A stretch of DNA of 64,000 bases from Amoebidium appalachense (lineage: Eukaryota; Protista; Ichthyosporea), in assembly GCA_963693365.1 (NCBI GenBank), contig CAVNZM010000014.1:6820001-6884000 (forward strand), read 5' to 3'. Below the pieces are notes generated by a model that made no database searches, was not told the DNA's origin, and saw only the letters and a program-made list of their open reading frames with translations. Position 1 is the first letter of the stretch; each line of letters begins with the position of its first letter. Both the position numbers and the translations under genes were made by a program. Below are positions 45,195-56,865 of this stretch, one piece after another.

Positions 45195-46179
45195 CTATGT
45201 GCATGTCCGCATGCAGCCACATGCGCGTGCGCACCCACGTGCGCGAATGTCTCTCTCTCCTTGTGTGTGTGTGTGTATGTATGTGCCTGTGTGTCTGTGC
45301 ATGTACGTGTTCCTGTGCCCTTCCACCCACCTTGCAATACCCACGCTGACCTTGAACTCGTGGTGTTTCTTGTGCACATACTTGTAAATGGACCTATGGT
45401 GCAGTGCCCTATGCGCCCAGTAGAACAGAGTATCCTCCACCACCATACAGCCAAACACTTGGAGAGCTACCTCGGGCACACTTGGGAGGGGACCTTGGAA
45501 GGTGTCTCCAATGACGTATTGGATTAAGTAGTAGGCAAAATAGACTGTGCCGTGGTGGTTAGGTGGGTGGGTGTTGTTTTTGGGTGTGTGTATATGTGTG
45601 TGTGTGTGTGAGTGGGTGGGCGGGTGGGCTGAGGGGGAGGAGGGGGAGGAGAGAGAAGGGAAGGAGGGGGGGGGGAGGGGGGAGGGGAGGGGGAGGGGGG
45701 TTAGGTTGATGTTAGGCATTCACAAAAGCCCACAGCGACCACCCACCAGACATGTTACCTACTACACGCACACATATGCACACCACAAGAAAGCGCACAC
45801 GTACACACACACACGCACGCACGCACGCAAGCACGTACACACACACACACAAACACACACACCACCTACCCTGTATGGGCATAGTCAGAAAGTGGTTCCT
45901 CGCAAGATGCTTCAAGCACTCCTTCAGCAGCTCTCCCTCAGGATACTTCTCTTTCTGTATCTTGTACTGTTCAAACAACCGATACTTATGCACAAGGTAC
46001 AACATGGCATTGAGAACGAGAAAAACACCCGTGTGCCCAAGCAAAAAGGTGACCCAAAAGAAGTGATGGTCGTTCAAGCCCGTCCACTTCTGCAGCCCCC
46101 ACCAGTAACTCTCCAGCCCAAGATCGACCGCTTTAGCCTGCGACCATAGAGAGAGAACGGTGGCATGTGCTTGCTCCAT
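43285..46179 (-). CDS. ERG25: Sterol C4-methyl oxidase (fatty acid hydroxylase superfamily), 286 aa; exons 46179-45870, 45544-45331, 44417-44249, 43452-43285
   Basis: Intron phases join cleanly. Motifs: EQYKIQ, EDTLFYWAHRALHH, YKYVHKKHHEF, SEYAHPIE, ETIDAHSGY, HDFHH, GSFFTFWDWITGTD (three His boxes). Confidence 0.92.
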
Positions 46180-46479
46180 CGTGTGATGTTTCGAAGAATT
46201 GGTAGAAAGGGGAAAAAGAAATGGATGTGGAAAAAATGGGTACAAAGGGCTCAAGATATATGACCCTAATGAAAAAAAAGACGTCAGATATAGGAAGGGA
46301 AGAACCACAGGGCTGTGTGTATTTGAGGGACCACAGTGCTATGTATGTTTCCCACCCTTCCTTCCCTCTCTTTATCCTCAGTGCGCGCGCAAGCAATGAA
46401 CTTTTTTGGCAACTCGGAGTCTCGGACATGCGCGAGAAACGCACATAAATTGCACACCCTGGTGACAGGGATTGAAAGC

Positions 46480-46610
46480 GCACGCGGCTCACCAATAGGA
46501 ACACGCTACGAAACCGGCTCGGCCAATAGGAATGCTTGTTGTGTTTCGGTGCCCAGTTTGGCGGAAACACGTGAAGGAACTTCACCAGTATGCCGCACGT
46601 GACTGTGAAA
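46480..46610 (-). promoter_or_regulatory. Putative ERG25 promoter with two CCAAT boxes and two TCACGTG E-boxes
   Basis: ccaatagga at 46492 and 46523; cacgtga at 46568 and 46596; about 300-420 bp upstream of the ATG. Confidence 0.45.
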
Positions 46611-46972
46611 CGCTTTCAATGCAACGCGTAGAAACAGGTTGAAACTTGGGCTAAACGGAAACATGAATGAAGAGATCGCAAGTGGTGGATTCTTCTAGTC
46701 TGCATTTGTGGACGCATGCAACAGAGACAGGCAGTACGTTTTGGGGGGGCGGGGGAAGGGGGGCAGCCAGGGGGCGGAAGGGGGGACGGAGCTAAGAGGG
46801 GGCGGGGTGAGGTGGGGGAGGTGGTGGGGGCGGGGCGGGGTGAGGGAGAGAGGGGGGGGGGGGGGGGGGGGGGGGGGAAGAGAGAATGTCCTCATTGCAC
46901 CTGAGGCCTGGAAAAAACAAGGTAGGGGCGGATGATCACAGCGTGGATGTGGGACGACGAAGGCCTCCCCCG

Positions 46973-47016
<44 letters not shown>

Positions 47017-47283
47017 ACAGAAAAATGGAGAAAGAGGGAAAGAACTTGAGGATGAGACGTGCAGGCGGGGAAGAAGAGGTATGGCGAAAGCCTCCAGCAG
47101 TGCTCAGTTAAAACGTTTATGTGTCACTGAGAGTTCCCAGTGGTTGCCTTTCATGCATATGCTTTGCTTCTAAGAAGTGTTTCCAGTTCTTTCCTGCCAT
47201 ACACCTCCACCAACGGTACACAAGTCTCAGCATTCATTTCAGTATGCATCATCCTAACTGCACACACACACTCCGACACACGT

Positions 47284-48328
47284 TCACAGTCTAGCTCCGT
47301 GCCTCTTCAACACCCTAATTACCTCCCTCGCCCCGCTCTTTATCGCTATGCCCAGTGCTGTCTGCCCCGCGTAGGGCTTCCCTGATCTTCTATTCACATC
47401 TGCGCCCGCCCGTATCAAAACTTCCGCTCCTACAGCCAAGTCATTACTGGCCATCCTATGCAAGGGGGTGTACCCATACGTGTCATCAGCCTCTACCTCC
47501 CCCCCTGCATCCACTAGCATCTGCGTGCTCACTTGCCCTATTTTGGACATGCCACACGTGTGCAGTGGTCTTGCTCCCCCTGTCATCGTCTCGTTTGGGT
47601 CTGCACCGCCTGCTAGAAGTCTCCGCACCTCGTCTGGCCCCGTTGTGTATTGCTTTGGCCATTGCTGTGTAACCTCCCCCGCTATAGATGGGGCCAGGGT
47701 TGGGGTTGTGGTTTTGGTACTGTCGACCCCATAGCACCTGTAGGTGGGATATAGTGTTAGTATGTAAGCAAAGTCATCTGCGCATCTCTGCTCTTGTCTT
47801 ATCACCAATGTGATCAAGCCTTGCGGGCACAACTTCGATCTACATCAGTATGTGTTAATTTAAGGAAGAATAGGTTGTATTTTCGTGTGCTTGAAATTTT
47901 GTTTCGAGCTGTGTGTGTATGCATGCTGTCGCATGTACACTCATGTATAAGACGACAGGTCAGTATACTAGTACGCGCTTGCTTCCGAACTTAGTTGTGT
48001 GCCCTGTTGTATTCCACTCTCCGCATTTAAACATGCTCCCGTGTGTAGGTGTGCTGCTTTGGCCTACGTGTCTGTGTACAAGTCTGTGGTGTGGGGTCCA
48101 GTCTCAAGCGTGTTAAGGGGGGGGGGGGGGGGGGGGGGAGGGGGGGGGGGAAGGGGGGGGGGGGAGGGGAGGGGGGGTGGGGTGGGGGGAATGGGTGGAA
48201 CGCGAGGAAAAGGAGGGAAGAGGCTTATATATAGCACCCACCTCTCCCCTGTCGTCCCTCTTCACACAGCCGCTGTATATGCCGGCCCCAACCGTGTCCG
48301 CCACAGCATCAAAACCGTCGGGATCCAT
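47284..48328 (-). CDS. Small ankyrin-repeat protein, 2 exons (48328-48242, 47737-47284), with one apparent 1-nt frameshift at ~47638-47641
   Basis: MDPDGFDAVADTVGAGIYSGCVKRDDRGE|VLWGRQYQNHNPNPGPIYSGGGYTAMAKAIHNG, then after the shift PDEVRRLLAGGADPN..GARPLH..GYTPLHRMA..AGADVN..GQTAL (ankyrin consensus). Confidence 0.82.
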
Positions 48329-49156
48329 GGTGTAGTTTAGAATCAGTGCTACTGGTAAAGACTTCTGTGACCGGGTCCCTTAGCCATCACCTATAAAAAA
48401 AATGAACAACTTGCACACAACTTCGTGCAAGCTTGTGTTGGTCTTTAGCAACATTGTCTCGGCAAGTCCGGTCATTTTGCTTTGAAAAAGGAACTTTATG
48501 ACTGTTTCAACCGAATGAACCATCAATTATAATTGACCGGAATTATAGAGTGGCTCTGGTTACGTAATCCGCCCGGCGTGCAAGGGGTCGCAGACTCGCA
48601 GGCCCGCGCAGGCCCGGACACACATGCAGGCAACGGGTGTTTGGTGCTCTTTTCAAGTTTTCACTGGAGTCAAAGTTTTTGAGTAACTGTAACACGGGAT
48701 ACGTATGTATACACCTTTCACCACCTACTTCTTTTACTTCTTACCTTTTTACCTCTTTATCCCTTACTCCTCCTCATTCTCCTCCTGGTTCTCACTGGTG
48801 CAGTAGTTAGAATGGCGTACTATAAAGCGTCTAAGATCAGGTATGAAAAAGCCCAGGAAAAAGCGTTTAAGAAGCGCATGCAAGGGGCGCATGCAAGGGG
48901 GGGGAGGGGGGGAGGGGGGAGGGGGGGACAGGGGGGGGGGGGGGGGGGGGGGCGGGATGGTAGAGGAGTTCGAAGCTGTGTATGGATGTGTGTGTGCGTG
49001 TACATGAGGCCAGGGAAAGGGGGAGGGGGGGGGGGAGGGGGGAGGGAAAGGAGCTGCGCGCACGGCAGGGGCTGGCACGAGGCATGGACTCATAATAACA
49101 TCCACGTACAGCTATCAGTTTGTGTGTGGGTGTGGGTGGTGTGTGTGTGTGTGGTG

Positions 49157-49188
<32 letters not shown>

Positions 49189-50691
49189 GCGCAGGGGAAG
49201 CTAAGTGTGTGTGTAAGAGGGGAAGGGGGGCTGGGGGGCATGACACGGGAAGTCGAAGCTGAGTGTGTGCTTGTGTCTGTATGTGCGTGGGGCCGGGGGG
49301 AGGGGTCCTTGCGCACTGTATGCGCTGCCAGGAGGAATTGCCCCACAAGACATTCACCATGGCGATCAGTTTGCGTGTTTGTGTGTGTGTGTGTGTGTCC
49401 GCAAGGGGGTGGGGGGGGGGGGTGGGGGGGGGGGGCTTCCAGAAAGCATCGACTCATAAGCATTCATGATGGACAACGTGAGATGTGCATTCCTCTGGCA
49501 CCAGGCCCACCAGTGGCACAGCCAACCATTAAAAAAACAAAATGCTGCACTATGGCCTCCCTCATGTCGGCAGGAACAAAGGCACCATCTGCCCAGTCAA
49601 TGTTTTCTGGTTTAAAGGGGAGGGAAGACCACAAAAGCGGGTTGCCAAACAGACCATAAGTCCGGGTGTTGATGCAGTTCTTCTGCGGGTGGCAGTGTGA
49701 GTGTGTGTCAGGAGAAAGGGTTATGCAGGAAAACATGCAGACAGCTACAAAAACGAAATCAACGAAAATGAAATTGTCCCTAACCTCGCCTGACAATCCT
49801 CACCACCACCAACAGTGCCCTTCATATTTCAAAACGTTCACTGCACCGAACTGTGTGCTGTGTGTCCCCCACAGGTGCGACCTTGCGCAATTTGCGCAAG
49901 TTGACCCCCTAAACCATAGATCGTTGAGATCTCCCTAAACATCTGGATATCGGCACATCTGGATAAGGGCAACTCCAAAAGTGCCCGTCCGACCTGGTGC
50001 CCATACTGGGGCATAAGCTCCGCATGCAGATAGCGGCGCGGGTGTGGATCAGAGATAACACCAGAAATAGGGGTGCTCTTTGATGGAAAGAACTGTTGTT
50101 TGAGGGGTGTCGTTCCGTATTTGGGCTTCATAGCTTACTATATATTAGAGATAGCTTATGCTTTTTTTTGACAACAAAATAAACCGGATATATGTTCATG
50201 ATCATGCAATCGATGACACCAAAGCATGCACGCTGCGCGCATACACTGTCATTCATATATATGCTAATGTTCAGCCCCTGAAATGCCCAAACCTTTAAAT
50301 TGAAAAACACAAAAATTTTCATTTGGGGGGGGTAAGTACACAAGCAAGTACTCCCTTCACTCGGCATGAAGTTGGCAAAGGAATCAAAACGCTGCCGCGT
50401 ATATCTATCCCTTTCATACGGGCCGGTTCAGTAGTCACGGGTATACTACCGTGCAGAGACCCAAACCGTTTTAGCGACCGATCATCGGTAGCTTTTTGGC
50501 CCGAAAGTCACTTCCAAATTGGGAGCAATAACGATTTTCATTGGACAAAAGTTTCAGATCATACTATATAAGGCAGCTGCGCATGGATCTAAAGGTCACT
50601 TTGGGGTCTAACAAGGGTTCAGCGTGTAGAACGGCGGGCCGGGTCGGGTCCGGGCCCGCGCCGCCAATCATATCCAGTCCACACTGTAATA

Positions 50692-51448
50692 CAGGGTCTT
50701 CGCGATATCGTCATACCCCATATGGTCACCTCTCACCTTTTTCGTGACCCGGCTTGACCGGGTCGGTTCGGGCCGGGTATTGACCCGACCCGAATTTTCG
50801 GGTTTAGCCAATGAAAACCCGGAATTGCGATTTTGGCGCGAACGCTCGGCCCCCTGCCGGAGAAGCCTGAAACAGAACAGGAAAAAAAAAAAAACACGGC
50901 AGACAGTTAACGTACACGTGCACACAGTGACAGGGTTTCTCCTTTGTATTTGAGCCCGGAATAGAGTAGAAGGAGAGAAAATGGTTCAAATGGGCGCTGC
51001 TAAGGCCGCGAAGAGGGCCAGAGAAGAACAGAAAGCTCTGAATAAGCGTATGAATATATGCCTGAATATAAGCCTGTGCGCGCGAAAGCTTGCTTTAGGG
51101 CCGAGGGAGCACCTTGATCAAGGGGCTGAAGTGTGTGCGTAGAATGGGGTGGTGGTGGTGGTGGTATACGAACAGTCTTGGGTTTTGTCTTTCTATTCCC
51201 CTTTTTCCCTCCCTTCATCGACTGTATTCCTCTTTTCCTCCATCCCTAGCTAGCTCCCAACGTTGTGTGCGACTATGAAACTGCTGCTGGGCGAATGTAT
51301 TCGGACCATGTGCACGGTTTGCGCAATCAGATCACCCTAACCCTCTATTGAATAGTATCTCCCCAGAATCAGCCGATATCGTCACCTCTCGATATCGTCA
51401 CCCCCAAATGTGACTGTTTCGGAAGGTGACGATATCGCGAAGCCCCTG
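50692..51448 (-). mobile_element. Tc1/mariner-superfamily (pogo/Fot1-like) deletion derivative
   Basis: TIRs CAGGGTCTTCGCGATATCGTCA and TGACGATATCGCGAAGCCCCTG are flanked by TA on both sides, with subterminal GATATCGTCACC repeats. The residual DDE_1 motif PPHSTHTLQPLDQG..SALKQAF lies in ORF 51000-51218. Confidence 0.9.
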
Positions 51449-51627
51449 TAGTGTATAGGGGTTTACACACTTTTTATTGCGTGGACACTGCCGGAGGCCC
51501 AGCCACATTCGACGGCCTACTGCGTTTTCCAGCACAGCCAATCAAATGCAGCCAGTGACATATGTACATGCTAGGCAACAATGAGCGCCATCGTAGTATC
51601 TGACACCCCTGGCCCTATTACATATTA

Positions 51628-52271
51628 CAAGGAGGTCTAAGCGCCGGCTGTCGCCGGCGCCTAAAACGAGTTTGACATAGTTTGGTTCGTCACCGGGAAA
51701 CATAAGTTGCTAGGAGGTGGGTGTATGAGCAACTAATTCGATGTTATAATCAATTTTTATATACGTGTTATAGAAAATTAAGTTATTTCAGAAAAATAAG
51801 TAATTTCGTTTTATTTCATAGAGAGAACAGGTTTGGTGTTCGGCCTCCATGTGCCGGCAATATATTTAATAGCTCACAGAGCGGTTTGGGATGAAAATCC
51901 GGTTTCCATTTGTGCCCCCCCAAAATTTCCAAAATTACTTTGCACATTTTTTTCCACCTGCCGTGCCTGTTTGCCTTGTCCCTCCCCTTTCCCCATCCCC
52001 CCTCCCCTCGGTTTGTGTTTTTGACTTGGAATGTATCAACTAGACTATTTTTCTGTGTTACGTGGTACTCCTTTTATGCCTAAGCCACCTTCTTCCCCCC
52101 CCCCCCCCCCCCCCCCGTTCTATTTTTTATTTAAGTTGAAAATTCATTATTTCGGTTCTGTGGCGTCGTCACACACACCGTCACGTGCACTGCCGAACAT
52201 ACACTTGTGCCATACACACACACACCGTATGATACACGAATAATACACACAAACACACTCATACAAACCAC

Positions 52272-52368
<97 letters not shown>

Positions 52369-52487
52369 CACATGTACACGCGTACGTACGATGCACCCCC
52401 GGGTACGGCATGTACAGTATTCACACGAACAAAGTTCCACACACTTTCGAAAGCTTTGTTTCAGACACACACACACAACACACGCAC

Positions 52488-52572
<85 letters not shown>

Positions 52573-52597
52573 GCACGCACGCGCACACACACACACA

Positions 52598-52642
<45 letters not shown>

Positions 52643-53208
52643 AACTGTCCATCCTCGTCACATGCATAGTTGGATATATTTACTTGATGCGTCAAAAGGT
52701 GTTCATTGGTTGATATATTTACTTATGGCGTCCAATTCTCCAAGTTCATTCGTCGTACGTACTATCGAAAGGAGGCGAAATCGGCATCGGGCACGTTGTG
52801 ATTTTTATCATAGCATTTATCGAAAAGTAAAAAAATGGATTTTTTACGATGTTTTATTATTTTTGCTAGACCAATAGTCATACCCGAGCGCCATGGCATG
52901 TAGCCGAGAACGGTCCTTTTTGACTCAGGGTTGCATTAGTTCATACCCTGACACCTACAGCCACACGTAGCGGCTGCTTACCTCCCTTTTTGCCCTCTAA
53001 TACTTTGTTCTGAATCAATTTTAGACTTAAACTTTTTATATTTTTTGACACAAACACCTCCACACGTTAATATTCTTCTATGCTGCTTGGTTTTATGCGC
53101 GTTTCGGCTTTTGATTTCGCTATGCAAATCTCCGCGGGTTGCATAGTCAGTGATTAGTCACTGGGCCAGATTACGGGAAGGTCAAACGGTCGTTATAATA
53201 TTAGTTAA
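51628..53208 (-). mobile_element. Non-autonomous Helitron-like element
   Basis: Minus strand: 5' TTAACTAATATTATAACGACC; perfect 8-bp hairpin GCGCCGGC-GACA-GCCGGCGC (51641-51660); CTTG-3'. The empty A|T site is visible at 61608|61609, with no TSD. Confidence 0.85.
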
Positions 53209-53281
53209 TGGGTAAGCAGCATCGGTAGCTCCGAAAGAAAGTTAAGGCACCGGATCACAATATCATACTGTGCAGCATTAA

Positions 53282-55030
53282 CCACTTTAACTCCACCCAA
53301 TAGGCGCTTGGAACGAAAGTGTTCCGAGAGTTTGACCAATCGAGATCGGCCAATTTTATCGGCAAATTCCACGGATAAAAGCAGGATAAGCCGCGTCGGG
53401 TAGTTCACCGACAACATGTCAACAGTTGTTGATGTTAGCGACGCGCTAGAGGCGCTAGCAGGCTTATAACCAAAGCGAGGTCAGTTTCGCTAAATGATCT
53501 GAAAAGTGCGGTAAATCCCGGGAAAAACGGCACGAAATAGAATGAGCACAAGGGTGCTCGTGGGATAAGGTGCTTTTTTGCACAAAAAGCAATGAGCAAC
53601 ATGTGTTATCAGTGATAAGGGTACCTCAAAAGATGCCAAAATTACAGGAATCATCATCATATGATAGCTACAGTCTACATGCATCTTTACGTGCATCTTT
53701 ACTTCATCCAATTGGATCCAACATCAATCCTTATGCCCAAGGCATGCAAGGCCCAAAACGGGGTTTTTCCACTTTTACAAGACGAATTTACGACTATGCC
53801 CCAAAGACAGACAGAATGCTAGCCTAGCCTTGGCCATGGACGCTGCTGTGCTTGCGATTTTCGGTGAGGGCATGTGGAAGGTAGTAGCTACTAGTATAGG
53901 CGCCTGGCCGGCTGTGTTGGAGCCTAACGATTGGTCATATATCTTGTGCTGATAGCATTGCTGTACACAACGCTAAATTACTACTATATATCAGGCTTCT
54001 ACGTGCGGATAAGTAGAACAAAAATTATAAAAACATGTCTGTAAAAACATTTTATATTTCTGTACACGTATTAGTCGAACATTTTTGTGTGTTCCTTCGT
54101 TTACGAAGCTCTTGTGTCGGGTCTGGTGTCAGTTCTTAGAGCCATTCGTTGAATATCATGTCTTACTGGATCCGAAAAGCTTGCGGCATACAGTGCAGCT
54201 TTATAAAGCTCGAGCTGTGCACTGGCGTGTGGTTGCCGTAATCCGATCCACGCATAAGGTGAATGCCTAAAACACAAAGGTAAACAGTGAATAAGAAAAC
54301 AAAATCTATAAACAGCACAAGTAATAATAAAAAACACAATCATTACTATTTTCTTGCTAAATATAGTGCTTTTGCCTACCTGTCTGCAGTGTCGCGAATG
54401 ATCAGATCGTCTTGGGCAATGTTCTACATCTTGTAGTGGGATATGGAATGAACTATCTCGACATGTACGGGCCACGCACTATATTATGATCTGATAAACT
54501 TACGAAAACTGAAACAACAACAGAAAAAAAAAAAAAGGAAAAAAAAAACAGGAAAGAGAAAAGAAAAACGAAAAAGGAGAATGAAGCACCCTGTAAACCA
54601 GTAGACATGAAAATGTAGACCTATGCATGTCGTCTGCTTGATCACGCGATGGCAAATTGTGACTTCAGCATGCGCAAAGTTTGTCCTCTTTCCTTGCGTC
54701 CAATCAGCAGATAGATTCGCACAAGTCACTCAAGATTTTGCGGATGAATCAGAGAGTCTGCTCGCTCGCACGTTGCTTTGAACCCAACGTGGAAGCACAC
54801 ATGATAAGGCATTCCGAAAAACCAAACTATGTTTACCGATCGTCTTTATATAGAGAAACCAACCCATAGAAAAATTACAAAAGCACGTACAAAGCACTTC
54901 TAGAACCAAAACTAATCAATATTTATGGGTAATATATTTATAATATCAACTTTTCCAGTGGCTAACTGCCCATTTTCGCGCCATAAGCACACCTCGAAAT
55001 TACATATAGGCCGCGGTGGAGTCAAAGTGG
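53282..55030. mobile_element. piggyBac-like non-autonomous element (1749 bp)
   Basis: TTAA TSD (53278-81, 55031-34) and 16-bp TIRs CCACTTT(A/G)ACTCCACC; the empty single-TTAA site is at 61691-61694. No recognisable transposase ORF. Confidence 0.9.
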
Positions 55031-55269
55031 TTAATAAGGTGATCTAGGATAGTCATCTTAAAACGGATATATTGAGGAAGAGAGGAAGAAAAGAGAATAA
55101 AACCGCCAATAACCTCCGGTTCTAATACATTAGCTAACAGGTTGCATTTATTGATAGATATGCAGCCGCTAGTGTATAGGATAGATTTTAGGAGGGCTTT
55201 GGAATGCAATAAGTTCGGGCATATGCCCTGGTAAATATTGGCAAGTTCTGATAGTGTACTCTGCCAAAC

Positions 55270-55307
<38 letters not shown>

Positions 55308-55628
55308 ATGTACAGGAAGGAGTAGAGGGGGGGAGGGGAGGGGGGGGGGGAGATAGTATGAAATATAGACTTAGACTCCGCGATGCCACTAGGGGGAGGG
55401 AGAGGGGAGAGACAAAGATATGTGTAGTAGAGTGAGCCGATAGACTTAGCTCGTGCAGGCGCACGATAGAGTTCATTAGATCGGAATGCATGGAATGTGG
55501 CATCCTTGGGGGGCCGGGTGATGATGATCTTTGAGGGCACGGCCTTGATCGGGCCGCAGTTGTGACTTACAATATGTAGCTTGATTCCGTTTGGATCTCA
55601 GGTTGCCCGTCGGAGCCCTGCCTACAAA

Positions 55629-55788
55629 GTAATAGGGGTGTCAGATACTACGATGGCGCTCATTGTTGCCTAGCATGTACATATGTCACTGGCTGCATTT
55701 GATTGGCTGTGCTGGAAAACGCAGTAGGCCGTCGAATGTGGCTGGGCCTCCGGCAATATCCACGCAATAAAAAAGTGTGTAAACCCAT
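55629..55788 (+). mobile_element. LINE family B 3' UTR fragment (copy 3), inverted relative to copies 1 and 2
   Basis: Near-identical reverse complement of 51459-51620 and 61447-61602; ends aataaaaaagtgtgtaaacccat. Confidence 0.8.
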
Positions 55789-55920
55789 GAAGGCAACGTG
55801 CAGCCACAGGCTACATGACCACCAAAATAACCGACACCGAAAGAGCCACAGCGATGAAATAAAAAATAAAACAACAAGTGACCAAAGGACACCAGCTGGC
55901 AAAGGTACAAGTGCACGTGT

Positions 55921-56865
55921 ATGCGTGACACTAGTTTGCTCCAACTAGTCATATGCATTGAAAAATGCTCCCTAGAGTTAGGGGTCGATTACCCAGCCAA
56001 TCACGTAAGGCCAGCGCACCCTCAGAAGTTCATTTTCCAGCTAAACATTAGTGGATCGCAAAACCCCAAAACTCATGAGCAAACATCTCGCGACGGAGAC
56101 ATTTCCACCCCAACACAAAACAACACAGGACCGGAAGCACAGCTCCCGGCAGAGTTCCTAGAATATGCGAACTCTCGTAAAACACCCGAGCTCCGCCAAA
56201 TTGCCAAGGAAACATATGCCAGCATTCTTGCAGGCAACGAGTACCGCCGCAACTCCCCTCCCAAACCGCCGGCTAAGGGGAACACCCAAGCAAACGGTAA
56301 CATCAACATCCCACCCAAATACGAGAGGGTGTATTTCAAAGTCAAGCACGGCAGACGCCCACACAGGGCCATGTGGTCCATCTTCAAGGCTCTCGGCTTC
56401 CGGTGCTCTCGCATCCTTTGTCTGTCCTTCATTGGATACGATGTGCTGGAAGTAGCAGTACGGGGCGACTATAACCGTGCGTTCATCCGTGACGCGACAA
56501 AGGGGTGTGGAAGCTTCTTCACCCACCTCCCAAGCTACGACCCATGCGCGCCGGAAAACATTCAGAAAGCAGACAAAGAACGTAAAGTGTCTGCTAAGAA
56601 TGCGTGCGCCACACGTTGTCGTGTACGCATCAGCAAGGCAAAAGAGTTCCTCGCAAAGTTGGAAAACGATGCTACGAGCGTGATAGACACGGACACGAAG
56701 GAACCAATGTTTTCTGGTGAGAAACTGCTCGAGCGCAAACGCCGATGCGAGATGGAAATCGAGCTCTTCTGCGAACTGTTCGCGCTGGCGGAAGGTCGTG
56801 CATACGACCCCGTAAGCGACAAGTGGGAACCAACCCCACAGGTGTCGGACCAAACCGATGCCTAA
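55921..56865 (+). CDS. LINE family A ORF1 (no CCHC knuckle; basic, possibly RRM-like core)
   Basis: 314-aa ORF immediately upstream of and overlapping ORF2; core YERVYF..LGFRCSRILCLSFIGYDVLEVAV..YDP..PENI. Confidence 0.78.
   Translation: MRDTSLLQLVICIEKCSLELGVDYPANHVRPAHPQKFIFQLNISGSQNPKTHEQTSRDGDISTPTQNNTGPEAQLPAEFLEYANSRKTPELRQIAKETYASILAGNEYRRNSPPKPPAKGNTQANGNINIPPKYERVYFKVKHGRRPHRAMWSIFKALGFRCSRILCLSFIGYDVLEVAVRGDYNRAFIRDATKGCGSFFTHLPSYDPCAPENIQKADKERKVSAKNACATRCRVRISKAKEFLAKLENDATSVIDTDTKEPMFSGEKLLERKRRCEMEIELFCELFALAEGRAYDPVSDKWEPTPQVSDQTDA

Larger units (their letters stand above)
51451..55627 (-). mobile_element. 5'-truncated degenerate LINE, family B copy 1, interrupted by a Helitron and a piggyBac-like element
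   Basis: Removing both inserts restores ..TILDHLINAAQYDIVIRCLNFLSELPMLLTHNM*, homologous to the C-terminus of ORF2 56858-60052 (NILDFILNTRNYDLFIRCIDWLEKH). A ~170-bp 3' UTR with AATAAA follows (51627-51451). The 5' boundary is approximate. Confidence 0.78.

Noticed and set aside
51455-51620. Stand-alone MITE with TAGGGGT.. TIRs
   Set aside because: Flanks beyond the putative TIR are shared between copies and continue into the LINE B ORF.
55780-55786. TAAACCC as a plant-type telomere repeat
   Set aside because: Only isolated single units occur, never arrays.
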